Assembly: GCA_020434375.1 (NCBI GenBank)
Contig: JAGRAY010000001.1
Location: 1-38,288 of the forward strand
DNA length: 38,288 nucleotides
Reading direction: 5' to 3'
Source: Bdellovibrionales bacterium
Lineage (GTDB): Bacteria > Bdellovibrionota_G > JALEGL01 > JAGRAY01
Shown here: in pieces, positions 21,446 to 30,794 of the stretch
How the letters are laid out: the number at the start of each line of letters is the position of its first letter
How positions within the stretch are numbered: the stretch's first letter is position 1
The notes under the pieces: model-generated
What the model was told of the DNA's origin: nothing
What the model saw: the letters and a program-made list of their open reading frames with translations, nothing else
Databases searched by the model: none
Translations under genes and position numbers: made by a program

Positions 21446-24400
21446 ATGAAAGCAGTTTTAAACATAGCATGCGCTACAAGCCTTTTTTGGGTGTCGTCGC
21501 TATTTGCACAATCTGTGGATCTTCCATCAATATGTACTGATCGTGCCAAAGCCATTCGCATTCAGGCAAATCACGACGGTAATAGCGTCAGTCAAGTTGC
21601 ACAATCGGCTTACCTACAGACGCTTAGAGAACTTCGAAATCAAACCAACGATCCAGACTCACTCATTTTCAAAAACTCTCGCGCATGCGCAAGCAACCCC
21701 GTATATTGTCCTCTCATATTTTCAAAAGCCGATACGTTTCATCTTAGATTATTTTGCGATCGCGAAATCTTTAATCGCATCTTGGTCACTGAAGATCAAA
21801 AAGCTGCTCAAACGCTTCGAAAATGCAAATTTTCACGAGAGCTTTTCTATACATACCCTTATGAACAAGATCTAAGTTTTCAAAACGATTGCCTTTTGCC
21901 ATCAAACGAAGTGTCCAACGCACTTGGCGATGCTAGCCGCATAAAACGTGCCGAAGACACCATGGCTTCAATTCGGACCCAATATATTCAAACGCTTGGA
22001 GCCATTGAGGCTGAGCTCAATGCATCCCATTTTAAGGAAGCCTTTGCATATGCAATCTACAAAGTTCAAGAGATAATGGGCTATGGTTCAGTGGCGCCGG
22101 ATCAAATTCAAAGCATTCAAAAGCTCTCGCGCTTCGCACTTAGTATTCTAAACCCTATCGGCAAACGCTATGGCGATCCGCGTGTCCAACACTCTGCAAA
22201 TCAGGCCAGGCAGGTTTATGAAGCTATTTTTAAAGAGTTTTCAAATGGTCAATACGGTGCAACGTTTCCTGCCCTTTCAAAGGAAACACAAGCTTATTTA
22301 AACGCCATTGACGATACACAAAGTAAGGCTCTCTACAATCCCGATACACTTATAGCTCAAAGTACAACAATGGTAAGTCAAACATCAGGGCTTTATGCAT
22401 TTGCTAACGTCGATGTTCAAGCGCTGGAAAAAGATCGCGCTTACTACGATTTATTTCATGGATTTCTGCCATATCAATTTATACGCGCGTCAATTGCCAA
22501 GCTACTAATTATTATTCAAAAAAAGAAATACAAACATATCCAAGCCTTTTTAACTCAAAAAGATCGATTTGTTGCATGGGCCGATCGCGATATTGTTTGT
22601 CGACAACATCAGCATACTTTTTGTCTATCTTCCAAGGTACCAGGGTTAACCAAAACCGAGAAAGATCGTCGACAAAATATTGAAAATTTACGTCATGAAT
22701 TCCTAGGCAAGTTCTGGTCCGATATCAAGAATGGCACTTTTAAGCTGACCTACAATCCTGAAGTCTCCACGAAAGATGAGCGGGATTATATCTACACCGA
22801 ATCTTTTGTTAGAGAGTTCAATCAAAAATCCAAAGATCTCAACGATTTTTGTTGGGCACATGCGGTGCCCCAAGACACTTACGAAAAACAAATAAAATCT
22901 AGCCAAGCTTTTTCAACGCTATTGCCGTTGCTTCAAGTTAAAATTAATACATTTTTAAAAATCCCACGAATAGGTTATCTCCTAAAAGAAGAAACGATTA
23001 CCAAAGCTCTTGATTTTCCAATTAACTTTGGCGAAGACCTCATTCGTAAATGCCTCACCAAGGGCGCCGTCGTTGGACCCATTGAGCCCAAAACAAAAAC
23101 TGAAATGCCCCCCTCTACATATGGGCCGTATCGTACAACTACTGTCTTGGAAAGGCCATATAAGCATCCTAAAGACATGTATGTTCGCTCCACATTTTCG
23201 CTGAGCCTTCAAGATCTTCATCATTTAGAGACATTGATTTTAAAAGATCTCGGAAAAGAGCTTTGGTCCTATAATCAGTGGTTTTTTTGGCGAAGTCACC
23301 AAGATATCACCAATCTTCTCGTGCAATCCGTTTCAAAATATTTTCTATCCCTTGTTGACTACGCTTTATCGAAACCGTCCGCCTATCTTGGTCATGCGCT
23401 CATGGAACTTCTTTTTGAAAAAGACGCGTTGGAGCAACGATTCACCACACGACAATATTACTTACACGGCGCTGCTCTTTTGATTAGTGTTGTTTTAATT
23501 CCATTTACGGTGTTTTCGATACCGGCAATGATTGCTTCCCTATGTTCGTTTGATCTCATCATGACCGCCCAAGGCATCAAAATAAAACATCTTGAGGGTG
23601 CGCAAGCAGAAATCAATACTGCCGCACGAACTTTTAATATCACGGTTGAGGCGTCGATCGCTTTGCACGCATATTTTAGACCCCAAATTGACGACATCAA
23701 GGTGTCACGCCAATTGGAAGCCGTACTGTTTATTCCGCTCAATGCCTTCGCGATAGCCAAAGGGAGTTGGAGACTCATGCGAATTTTAGTGGCCGATCAA
23801 AAACTCATAGCCACAGCTCGAACCTTCAAATACGAAGCCCTTCTAGCTAAATTAGCACCGAGTCAAAAGGCTATTTTGAGTTTACCCTCCGTGGAAAATG
23901 CACTACTTAATTTATCAACCGACAGTGAGATTGTTGAAGAAACATTGAGGCTCGCCAAGGAACTAGACCCCGAACAATTGTCACAATATATCAATAACGC
24001 ACTAAAACTAGATATCGATGTTCCTACGCCGCCAAAACCTAAAGCCATTCCGACAAAGCTAATTCAGCCGATATCAAGTACTCGAAAAGCTGCAATCTCA
24101 ATCCAAAATGGATTCCTCCGACTCCTAAGTAAATTCAAAGGGAACACGGTTATAGTGGCTGTGGCTGGCACTTTACAAAAACTGTGCTCCAAACATTGCC
24201 AGCTTTATTTTTCACAAACCATCGACGATCTTCTAGAAAAAGGTCAGATTACCATGGATGATGCACTACAAATTCTTAAAGGAACAAATTATATAGTTGA
24301 AGATGGCCGGGTCATTCCCAAAATTCTAAAGCTCGTTGAAGAGGACTTCTTTAAGTTTCTCAGTAGCAATGTTGCACATAAACCAGAACTTATACAAAGC

Positions 24401-26020
24401 TTTAAGCAAATGTTTTACGGTGCGGATCTTGGCGATGCAGAAACCTGGCAAAGGCTTTTATCAAATCTTGTAGCTAAGGGTATTAGGTTTGATCACCAAG
24501 AAGATCTCAAAAATTTTCTCAAGTGCTTAAAGTTTCTCAATCTCGAACACACCAATTTATGGAAGTACATGGTCAAGGGTGCCTTTACCAGGCAAATTCA
24601 TCATCGCATTGACTTTATAGTTGATCATATTGACGATTATATGAAAATCGCAGCCTACGACCGTCACAAAACCTATATTCAGTTTTATGATTGGGTTGAA
24701 GCGTTTATTAATGACCCTATCAAAAATAAAAGCAATTATACGTTTCGTGAGATTGCTCAATGGATAAAAAAAGATATCGATACCGATTTTGACCTTTCAG
24801 TAATTCAAAAAAATATCGCTAAATATCGTCAAGTCGTAAACGACCAAAAAGAAACAATCGAACGTTTAACAAATGGAGCACGACATAACCAATTGTCAGA
24901 GTTTCACAAATGGATTCAAAAGTCGACTGGGGATTTTCGAAAAGCTTTTGATAGAACAATGAAACAAACCGGAGATTTCAAAGACGCCTACAAAAACGCA
25001 CATCAATTTGTTGAGAGCACACAATGGATCGACCGAGATTGTTTTTTAAGATACGGCGAAGCACAAGGAAAAACGGCTAAAACGTTTAAAAATTTCACAA
25101 AGTATGCCGCTTGGGGATCGGCCACCTTAACTTATATGTGGAACAATCTAGATGAGTACGATTCTGAAAAAGTATTTGATATGGAGTTTCTTAGCCGCGC
25201 TTTATACAATATTGTTATTTCCCAAGCATCATCAACATCCAAAGCGATGCCGTCGAATCACAATGGTATAGGCTTTTTGAATAAAAATATTGACGTTTGG
25301 CGCGCAGGTTTACCGATGGCTACGATCGATCTTTTTGCCTATCCTGTGCTAGATCACTACATATGGGATCCTACAAGTGAAGCTGAGGCCGAGATTTCAG
25401 CACAAATGCTTCAAGCTGAAAATGTCGAAGATCGCCTCTTTGAAATCTTTGCAAAATATCCAAACGTAAAACAGGCAATCGATGAAAAGCTTAGAAAATG
25501 GCAAGAGCTTTACAAAAGATATCAGCCCTACGATACGGCAAAAGTCGATGAAGATACTGAAGAAGAAATTTACCAACAATTTTTAAATAACGGCCTTATT
25601 CAAGAATTCAAAGACGATGCCGATTACGAAAACACAATTATCGAGTCGCTTAAAGATGTTCAGTATTATGAAATGTATCACAACATGAGGGCAAGAAAGA
25701 AATACGAAGATCAAGCACAAATTATTGACGGTAATTTTGACTCTCCTCGATTATCCATACAAACCAAAAGTATGGCCAATCTTGGTGCATTTAATGAATC
25801 GCTTGATCGATACGTTATTTTGCGAAGTCTTGACATGGTTGGTGACGGTCCTCTCAATATTTGGCGTACTCATTATGTTACCAACACTATTTGCAAATAC
25901 AGGCACACAAAAAGCATGGGAATCGTCAAGGCTCTGGGGTATTACACCCTATTTAAGCTTCTCATCGACAACGTCAAAAACGCAGCCCTAGCCAATATGA
26001 CCCAAACCACTGGCGGGTAA
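21446..26020 (+). CDS. Very large (1524 aa) secreted/membrane-associated protein of unknown function
   Basis: Uninterrupted ORF 21446..26020 (+). Sec-type signal peptide MKAVLNIACATSLFWVSSLFAQ|SVD. Hydrophobic TM-like segments near aa 670-710 (GAALLISVVLIPFTVFSIPAMIASLCSF) and around aa 750-770 (LEAVLFIPLNAFAIA). Otherwise helical-looking, with no enzymatic or repeat motif that I can name. Confidence 0.75.
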   Translation: MKAVLNIACATSLFWVSSLFAQSVDLPSICTDRAKAIRIQANHDGNSVSQVAQSAYLQTLRELRNQTNDPDSLIFKNSRACASNPVYCPLIFSKADTFHLRLFCDREIFNRILVTEDQKAAQTLRKCKFSRELFYTYPYEQDLSFQNDCLLPSNEVSNALGDASRIKRAEDTMASIRTQYIQTLGAIEAELNASHFKEAFAYAIYKVQEIMGYGSVAPDQIQSIQKLSRFALSILNPIGKRYGDPRVQHSANQARQVYEAIFKEFSNGQYGATFPALSKETQAYLNAIDDTQSKALYNPDTLIAQSTTMVSQTSGLYAFANVDVQALEKDRAYYDLFHGFLPYQFIRASIAKLLIIIQKKKYKHIQAFLTQKDRFVAWADRDIVCRQHQHTFCLSSKVPGLTKTEKDRRQNIENLRHEFLGKFWSDIKNGTFKLTYNPEVSTKDERDYIYTESFVREFNQKSKDLNDFCWAHAVPQDTYEKQIKSSQAFSTLLPLLQVKINTFLKIPRIGYLLKEETITKALDFPINFGEDLIRKCLTKGAVVGPIEPKTKTEMPPSTYGPYRTTTVLERPYKHPKDMYVRSTFSLSLQDLHHLETLILKDLGKELWSYNQWFFWRSHQDITNLLVQSVSKYFLSLVDYALSKPSAYLGHALMELLFEKDALEQRFTTRQYYLHGAALLISVVLIPFTVFSIPAMIASLCSFDLIMTAQGIKIKHLEGAQAEINTAARTFNITVEASIALHAYFRPQIDDIKVSRQLEAVLFIPLNAFAIAKGSWRLMRILVADQKLIATARTFKYEALLAKLAPSQKAILSLPSVENALLNLSTDSEIVEETLRLAKELDPEQLSQYINNALKLDIDVPTPPKPKAIPTKLIQPISSTRKAAISIQNGFLRLLSKFKGNTVIVAVAGTLQKLCSKHCQLYFSQTIDDLLEKGQITMDDALQILKGTNYIVEDGRVIPKILKLVEEDFFKFLSSNVAHKPELIQSFKQMFYGADLGDAETWQRLLSNLVAKGIRFDHQEDLKNFLKCLKFLNLEHTNLWKYMVKGAFTRQIHHRIDFIVDHIDDYMKIAAYDRHKTYIQFYDWVEAFINDPIKNKSNYTFREIAQWIKKDIDTDFDLSVIQKNIAKYRQVVNDQKETIERLTNGARHNQLSEFHKWIQKSTGDFRKAFDRTMKQTGDFKDAYKNAHQFVESTQWIDRDCFLRYGEAQGKTAKTFKNFTKYAAWGSATLTYMWNNLDEYDSEKVFDMEFLSRALYNIVISQASSTSKAMPSNHNGIGFLNKNIDVWRAGLPMATIDLFAYPVLDHYIWDPTSEAEAEISAQMLQAENVEDRLFEIFAKYPNVKQAIDEKLRKWQELYKRYQPYDTAKVDEDTEEEIYQQFLNNGLIQEFKDDADYENTIIESLKDVQYYEMYHNMRARKKYEDQAQIIDGNFDSPRLSIQTKSMANLGAFNESLDRYVILRSLDMVGDGPLNIWRTHYVTNTICKYRHTKSMGIVKALGYYTLFKLLIDNVKNAALANMTQTTGG

Positions 26021-26127
26021 GTTGAAACACAAAAGTAAATTTTGGAAGTTGCCTACTGGCTCCGTCGCTACGCTCCAAGTCGCCATACGTCAATCTTCCA
26101 AAATTTAAGCAGTATCAACTAAAACTT
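26021..26127. repeat. 107-bp dispersed hairpin-forming repeat, copy 2 (MITE/REP-like)
   Basis: 106/107 identical to 7141-7247. Starts immediately after the TAA stop of the 1524-aa gene and ends 14 nt before the stop of the convergent MltB-like gene, so it fills that convergent spacer. Confidence 0.9.
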
Positions 26128-26141
26128 CACAGTGCCAATGG

Positions 26142-27206
26142 TCACTCATCAGAGTTGAATTCAGATTCAAGCTCTTTCCATCGGGCTTCCACGAGTTTTG
26201 CGACGGTTGTGACATGTGTTCGATACCACTTTGGGCTATTGTATCTTCCAATAGCTTTATTGATTTGCTCGGGTGATTCGCCCCAATAGGGCATGAGATA
26301 TCTTGCCATCAAAGGAATCACATCGCCAAGATCGTGCGGATCGATAATTTCTCCGGCTTTTAGAATGTCTCGAAGTGTGGTTGGCATAAATTGTCCATCG
26401 GTAATGGCGCCCACCCAAGAACCCTCTAACTTGATGATGCTGTCATAATTAAGGTTCATTGATTCGGCCAAGTTCAGAAGATCCCGAAGCTGCGAAATGG
26501 ATCGCTTTGATCGGCTCAATGCTCTATTTTCCCAAATTGAATTTTGTGAAAAATCATATTTTGCTGTTGAAAAATTCTTATCAGTTCGATTGTTAACAAA
26601 GTGTTGTTTGGCATCGATAGCATGTTTATACGTTCCGATAATATAAGATCTGAATGTTGGATTATTTAATGCAACCCAACTTGCAAGAGTGGCTAGCGTA
26701 GGAAATTTAAAAACATTCTTGTAGGTTCCAAAAAAAGTCTCAATGGAAATAATTCCCGCAATATACTCTGGTTCCACACCACAACTGAAATAACTCTCGC
26801 CGAGCACGAAACAGTGTTCTTCTAAAAACGCGTTTGCACGTTCGATGGAAGTTGAGGCCTGAAGCCTTTCAATAACAGCAGGCAGTCGACGAGCAGGATC
26901 TTTAAAAGGTGCACCAATCGTCAAATCAAGCCATACCGCATAAATTTGAAATTCAATGAGTTCGGGGTACAAATAGTCGAGCCAGTCAAGGCTATATAAA
27001 TCGTTAAAAACGGGATTTTGATTTCCACTTCTCTTGCTAGCTATTAGATCTCTGACAGTTTTTAGACCCTGACCCCATTGCTTTTGATCAATTTGAATTC
27101 CAAATGTCTCTTGAGCCAAGACATTTAAGTTCAAGGCTATACTGACTAATACGGTAACGCGTAATATCACGGTTTTTACCATCTCAACCACTTGTGTTAA
27201 TGGCAT
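26142..27206 (-). CDS. Lytic murein transglycosylase (MltB / SLT_2-like)
   Basis: ORF 26142..27206 (-), 354 aa. Signal-like N-terminus (MVKTVILRVTVLVSIALNLNVLAQ; the start may be the internal ATG at 27182). Catalytic-Glu region IAGIISIETFFGTY and GSWVGAITDGQFMPTT match the MltB-family pattern (GIETnFG ... GSwAGAmGqpQFmP). Confidence 0.75.
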   Translation of the reverse strand: MPLTQVVEMVKTVILRVTVLVSIALNLNVLAQETFGIQIDQKQWGQGLKTVRDLIASKRSGNQNPVFNDLYSLDWLDYLYPELIEFQIYAVWLDLTIGAPFKDPARRLPAVIERLQASTSIERANAFLEEHCFVLGESYFSCGVEPEYIAGIISIETFFGTYKNVFKFPTLATLASWVALNNPTFRSYIIGTYKHAIDAKQHFVNNRTDKNFSTAKYDFSQNSIWENRALSRSKRSISQLRDLLNLAESMNLNYDSIIKLEGSWVGAITDGQFMPTTLRDILKAGEIIDPHDLGDVIPLMARYLMPYWGESPEQINKAIGRYNSPKWYRTHVTTVAKLVEARWKELESEFNSDE

Positions 27207-27274
27207 TTGAGCTCAAAAACAAATTAAAAAGTACTTTTAAACTCGGCAGATCATGATAAACCTTTGATTAAATC

Positions 27275-28117
27275 ATGAAGCCAATTGTGCCTATATTAAC
27301 TTTACTTGCTCTGGTAGCGCTGTTTCAAGGTTGTTCCTCGTTGGAGCTCAATGAAGCTCAAGAAAGTTTGAGAGAAGGCAAGTACTATATTGCTGTTGAG
27401 CACTATATGTCATTTGCAAAAAATCATCCCAAGCACAGGCGTGCACCAGAAGCACTTTTAGAAGTTGGAAATATTCAACACTCAGTTCTTGGTGAACCTG
27501 ACAAAGCCATCTTAACTTATGAAAAATTAGTGTCGTCATACCCGGTCAATACCTACACGCTTTCGGCTCAACGTAAAATCGCCGAGATTCATAAAAACCA
27601 TTTTTCAAATTATCACGAGGCTATTATCGAGTATGAAAAATTTCTTCACGCTGCTCCAGATCACGAAGAAACCCCTGCAATTATTATGGAGCTTGCGCAT
27701 TGCTACACGCTAATCCACGATTTTAAACAGGCAGAAATTGAATACGACCGGCTTATTCGTGATTATCCTAAATTTAATCGATTGGCTGAAGTCTATTTTC
27801 AAAAAGGCAATAACGATTTCATCTCAGGCCGTTATGAAAAATCGATAAAAAATTATCAAAATGTTGTGGAACATTTCAAAGATTCAGATCTGCGCCCCCA
27901 AGCCATCTTTGGAATGGCTAATGCTTATGAAGAAATGGATGATTTTAAAAAAGCCAAGGAGTTTTATCATAAAATTTTAAATACTTATCCGTCACCAAAC
28001 GTCGTTAAAATTAGGCTTAAAGGTGTAGAAGATCGCGAAAGACGAAAAAATAGTGGGGCAGCTCTTAAACCGTGGAGTGAGGAATCCAAAGCCGCTCGAG
28101 ACCTTTGGCGAGGTTGA
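27275..28117 (+). CDS. Tetratricopeptide-repeat lipoprotein (BamD/CpoB-like architecture)
   Basis: ORF 27275..28117 (+), 280 aa. Lipobox LVALFQGC|SS. Repeated TPR-like units of the type A..Y..F....P.H..APEALL... and ...YPKFNRLAEVYFQKG. Assignment to BamD versus CpoB/YbgF is not possible by eye. Confidence 0.6.
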   Translation: MKPIVPILTLLALVALFQGCSSLELNEAQESLREGKYYIAVEHYMSFAKNHPKHRRAPEALLEVGNIQHSVLGEPDKAILTYEKLVSSYPVNTYTLSAQRKIAEIHKNHFSNYHEAIIEYEKFLHAAPDHEETPAIIMELAHCYTLIHDFKQAEIEYDRLIRDYPKFNRLAEVYFQKGNNDFISGRYEKSIKNYQNVVEHFKDSDLRPQAIFGMANAYEEMDDFKKAKEFYHKILNTYPSPNVVKIRLKGVEDRERRKNSGAALKPWSEESKAARDLWRG

Positions 28118-28171
28118 CGCGCTTTTAGTCAATAGTTTACGAAAATAGCGTCAGGGCCTATACTAAAGCTT

Positions 28172-29458
28172 ATGGCAGCAGGCAGTTTATCAAAAGAACT
28201 TTTTAATGCTTCACTTAAATTGATGCCGGGGGGCGTAAATTCTCCAGTTCGCTCATTTTTGGGCGTTGACGGTGAACCACTTTTTATGGAGCGGGGTAAG
28301 GGTTCTAAGATCTACGATGCTGATGGCCGTGAATATATTGATTATGTCATGAGCTGGGGACCACTCATTTTTGGGCACGCCAATGCAGAGATTTTAGGTA
28401 AGGTTCAAAAGGTGATCGAGCGTGGTATGAGCTTTGGAGCATGCACCGGGTTTGAGCTCGAACTCGCAAAACTCGTGGTTGATTCCGTTCCTTCGATAGA
28501 AATGGTGCGATTTGTAAATTCAGGCACAGAAGCAACGATGTCTGCCATTAGGCTTGCCAGAGCAGTTACCGATCGAAAAAAAATAATTAAATTTGATGGC
28601 TGTTATCATGGCCACGTGGATTCACTTTTGGTTCAAGCAGGATCCGGTATGGCCACGCTGGGCTTGCCAAGTTCACCAGGTGTACCTGAAGAATTAACGG
28701 CACTTACGTTAAGCTTGCCTTATAACAATATTGAAGCCTTGAAAAAGGTTTTCGAAAGCGACCCGCGCGGCATTGCTGCCGTGATTATTGAACCCGTGGC
28801 AGGTAATATGGGCGTTGTGGCGCCAAAGGAAAATTTCTTATCTGAAGTTCGAGATCTTTGCACAACGCATGGGACAATTCTTATTTTTGATGAAGTCATG
28901 ACAGGCTTTCGCGTTGCAATGGGAGGCGTCCAAGAAAAATACAGTATTTCACCTGATCTCACCTGTCTTGGAAAAATCATCGGTGGTGGAATGCCGGTAG
29001 GAGCCTATGGTGGACGAAAAGAACTCATGGAAGAAATATCCCCCTGTGGTCCAGTTTATCAGGCGGGCACACTTTCAGGTAATCCTGTATCTATGGCAGC
29101 AGGAATCAAAACACTTAAAATGCTCAGAGAAGCAGAAACTTTTGGAAAGCTCGACTATCGAACGCAGTATCTGACCGACGAAATGAAAAAACGCTCCGAC
29201 AAACAAGGTTTAGATATAGCGGTCAATCGCGTGGGTTCCATGTTCACGCTATTTTTCCAAAAGGGTCCGATTTTCAATTACGAAGATGCAAAGAAAAGTA
29301 ACTTAAAACAATTTTCAAAATATTTTCATGGCATGTTGGCAGAAGGCATTTATATTCCGCCTTCTCAATTTGAAGCTTGGTTTATGTCACTTGCTCACAG
29401 TGAACAGGACATTGACAAAACTATTAAAGCTCATGAAAAAGTTATTAAGGCTCTTTAA
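28172..29458 (+). CDS. hemL: Glutamate-1-semialdehyde 2,1-aminomutase
   Basis: ORF 28172..29458 (+), 428 aa. Typical HemL N-terminus LMPGGVNSPVRSF, class-III aminotransferase fold, and PLP-lysine region CLGKIIGGGMPVGAYGG. Confidence 0.95.
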   Translation: MAAGSLSKELFNASLKLMPGGVNSPVRSFLGVDGEPLFMERGKGSKIYDADGREYIDYVMSWGPLIFGHANAEILGKVQKVIERGMSFGACTGFELELAKLVVDSVPSIEMVRFVNSGTEATMSAIRLARAVTDRKKIIKFDGCYHGHVDSLLVQAGSGMATLGLPSSPGVPEELTALTLSLPYNNIEALKKVFESDPRGIAAVIIEPVAGNMGVVAPKENFLSEVRDLCTTHGTILIFDEVMTGFRVAMGGVQEKYSISPDLTCLGKIIGGGMPVGAYGGRKELMEEISPCGPVYQAGTLSGNPVSMAAGIKTLKMLREAETFGKLDYRTQYLTDEMKKRSDKQGLDIAVNRVGSMFTLFFQKGPIFNYEDAKKSNLKQFSKYFHGMLAEGIYIPPSQFEAWFMSLAHSEQDIDKTIKAHEKVIKAL

Positions 29459-30076
29459 TTGAAGACCAAAGATCTAGAGAAGCTATTTACTGATCAAGAC
29501 AAACAAGCAATTGAAGTGGCTATCAAAAGAGCAGAGCAAAAATCCTCTGTTGAAATAGTTCCGTGTATTATTCCGATATCTGACGACTATGCTCATGCTT
29601 ACTGGAAACTTTTATCCATAGCGATGTTTCTGGCGCTTGCTATATCCTATTTTTCACTAGGCATCGCTCTGCTGAGTGCCACAGTGTTAGTTACAGCTTA
29701 TATTACAATTCTACCGTTTCGAAGGCGCATGATCGGCAGAGTGTTCATGGATCATCGAGTCTGGCAAAAAGCTAAACAGGTATTTTTAGAAGAAGAAATT
29801 TTTCTAACTAAACATCGAACGGGTGTTTTGATTCTTATTTCAATCTTCGAGCGAGAAGTAGCGGTTCTGTGCGATACACAAATTTACAAAATGACAGACC
29901 CTAAAACGTGGAAAGATATCTCTGATAAACTGGCAGATGGCATGAAAGCCAATAAACCTGCTGAGACCATGCTCACAGCTATTGAAAAAATAGAAGCGTT
30001 GGTCGATGGAAAAGCTCTTCCAGAAAAAGACCTTCAAGATAATGAAATTAGCAATACCATAAGGTACAGAAGCTAA
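29459..30076 (+). CDS. TPM-domain membrane protein
   Basis: ORF 29459..30076 (+), 205 aa, TTG start directly after the hemL stop. TPM-like halves (FTDQDKQAIEVAIKRAEQKSSVEIVPCII and HRTGVLILISIFEREVAVLCDTQI) are split by two hydrophobic helices. Confidence 0.7.
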   Translation: MKTKDLEKLFTDQDKQAIEVAIKRAEQKSSVEIVPCIIPISDDYAHAYWKLLSIAMFLALAISYFSLGIALLSATVLVTAYITILPFRRRMIGRVFMDHRVWQKAKQVFLEEEIFLTKHRTGVLILISIFEREVAVLCDTQIYKMTDPKTWKDISDKLADGMKANKPAETMLTAIEKIEALVDGKALPEKDLQDNEISNTIRYRS

Positions 30077-30077
30077 A

Positions 30078-30782
30078 ATGAACAATATTAGAGTTATTTT
30101 CTTTCTAGGAATGCTATGTGTAAATCTTTTTGCATTAGATGTTCCTTCGCTTAAAGGGCGCGTGTCAGATTATGCGAACATCCTATCACCATCAACGATC
30201 GTAACGTTAACTCAAACTCTTGAAAAGCTTGAACAAGACACGGGCGCACAAGTGGTAGTGCTAACCATTCAAAGCCTAAATGGAGCGGATCTAAGCACCT
30301 TTTCGCTTAAAACGGTCGAAGCATGGAAGCTTGGTCAAAAAGGTAAAGACAATGGCGTCTTATTTTTAATTTCAAAAAATGATCGAAAAATGCGTCTTGA
30401 AGTTGGATACGGTCTTGAAGGTACTATTCCAGATATTTATGCAAAGCGCATTTTAGACGATTATGTCTTGCCCTTATTTAAACAAGGTAACTTCAATCAG
30501 GGCGTCGTCGATGGTGTCAATTGGATTAATAAACTTATTCGAAAGGAAGCCACGCCCCCAAAAAAGAAAAAAAAGCCATCTGTTTTCACCGATGTATTTC
30601 CTTTTATATTTTTCGTTATATTTTTTGTAATACCTTCTTTGTTTCGTCCACGGGGGCGGCGCAGAAGCGGTTTCTTTGGTGGCGGATATTTTGGTGGCGG
30701 AACTGGCGGCTTTTCGGGAGGTGGTGGTTTCTCGGGTGGCGGTGGAAGTTTTGGCGGTGGCGGTGCTTCAAGCAGTTGGTAA
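30078..30782 (+). CDS. TPM-domain protein (YgcG-like) with signal peptide, TM anchor and Gly-rich tail
   Basis: ORF 30078..30782 (+), 234 aa. Signal peptide, TPM core (QVVVLTIQSLNGADL, GVLFLISKNDRKMRLEVGYGLEG), a TM segment FPFIFFVIFFVIPSLF, and C-terminal GGGYFGGGTGGFSGGGGFSGGGGSFGGGG. Confidence 0.8.
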   Translation: MNNIRVIFFLGMLCVNLFALDVPSLKGRVSDYANILSPSTIVTLTQTLEKLEQDTGAQVVVLTIQSLNGADLSTFSLKTVEAWKLGQKGKDNGVLFLISKNDRKMRLEVGYGLEGTIPDIYAKRILDDYVLPLFKQGNFNQGVVDGVNWINKLIRKEATPPKKKKKPSVFTDVFPFIFFVIFFVIPSLFRPRGRRRSGFFGGGYFGGGTGGFSGGGGFSGGGGSFGGGGASSSW

Positions 30783-30794
30783 TAAAGTTTTGCT

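Noticed and set aside
30650-30782. Repetitive GGTGGCGG-type DNA that could look like a tandem repeat or VNTR
   Set aside because: It is the coding sequence for the Gly-rich C-terminal tail (GGGYFGGGTGGFSGGGG...) that is typical of YgcG-like TPM proteins.
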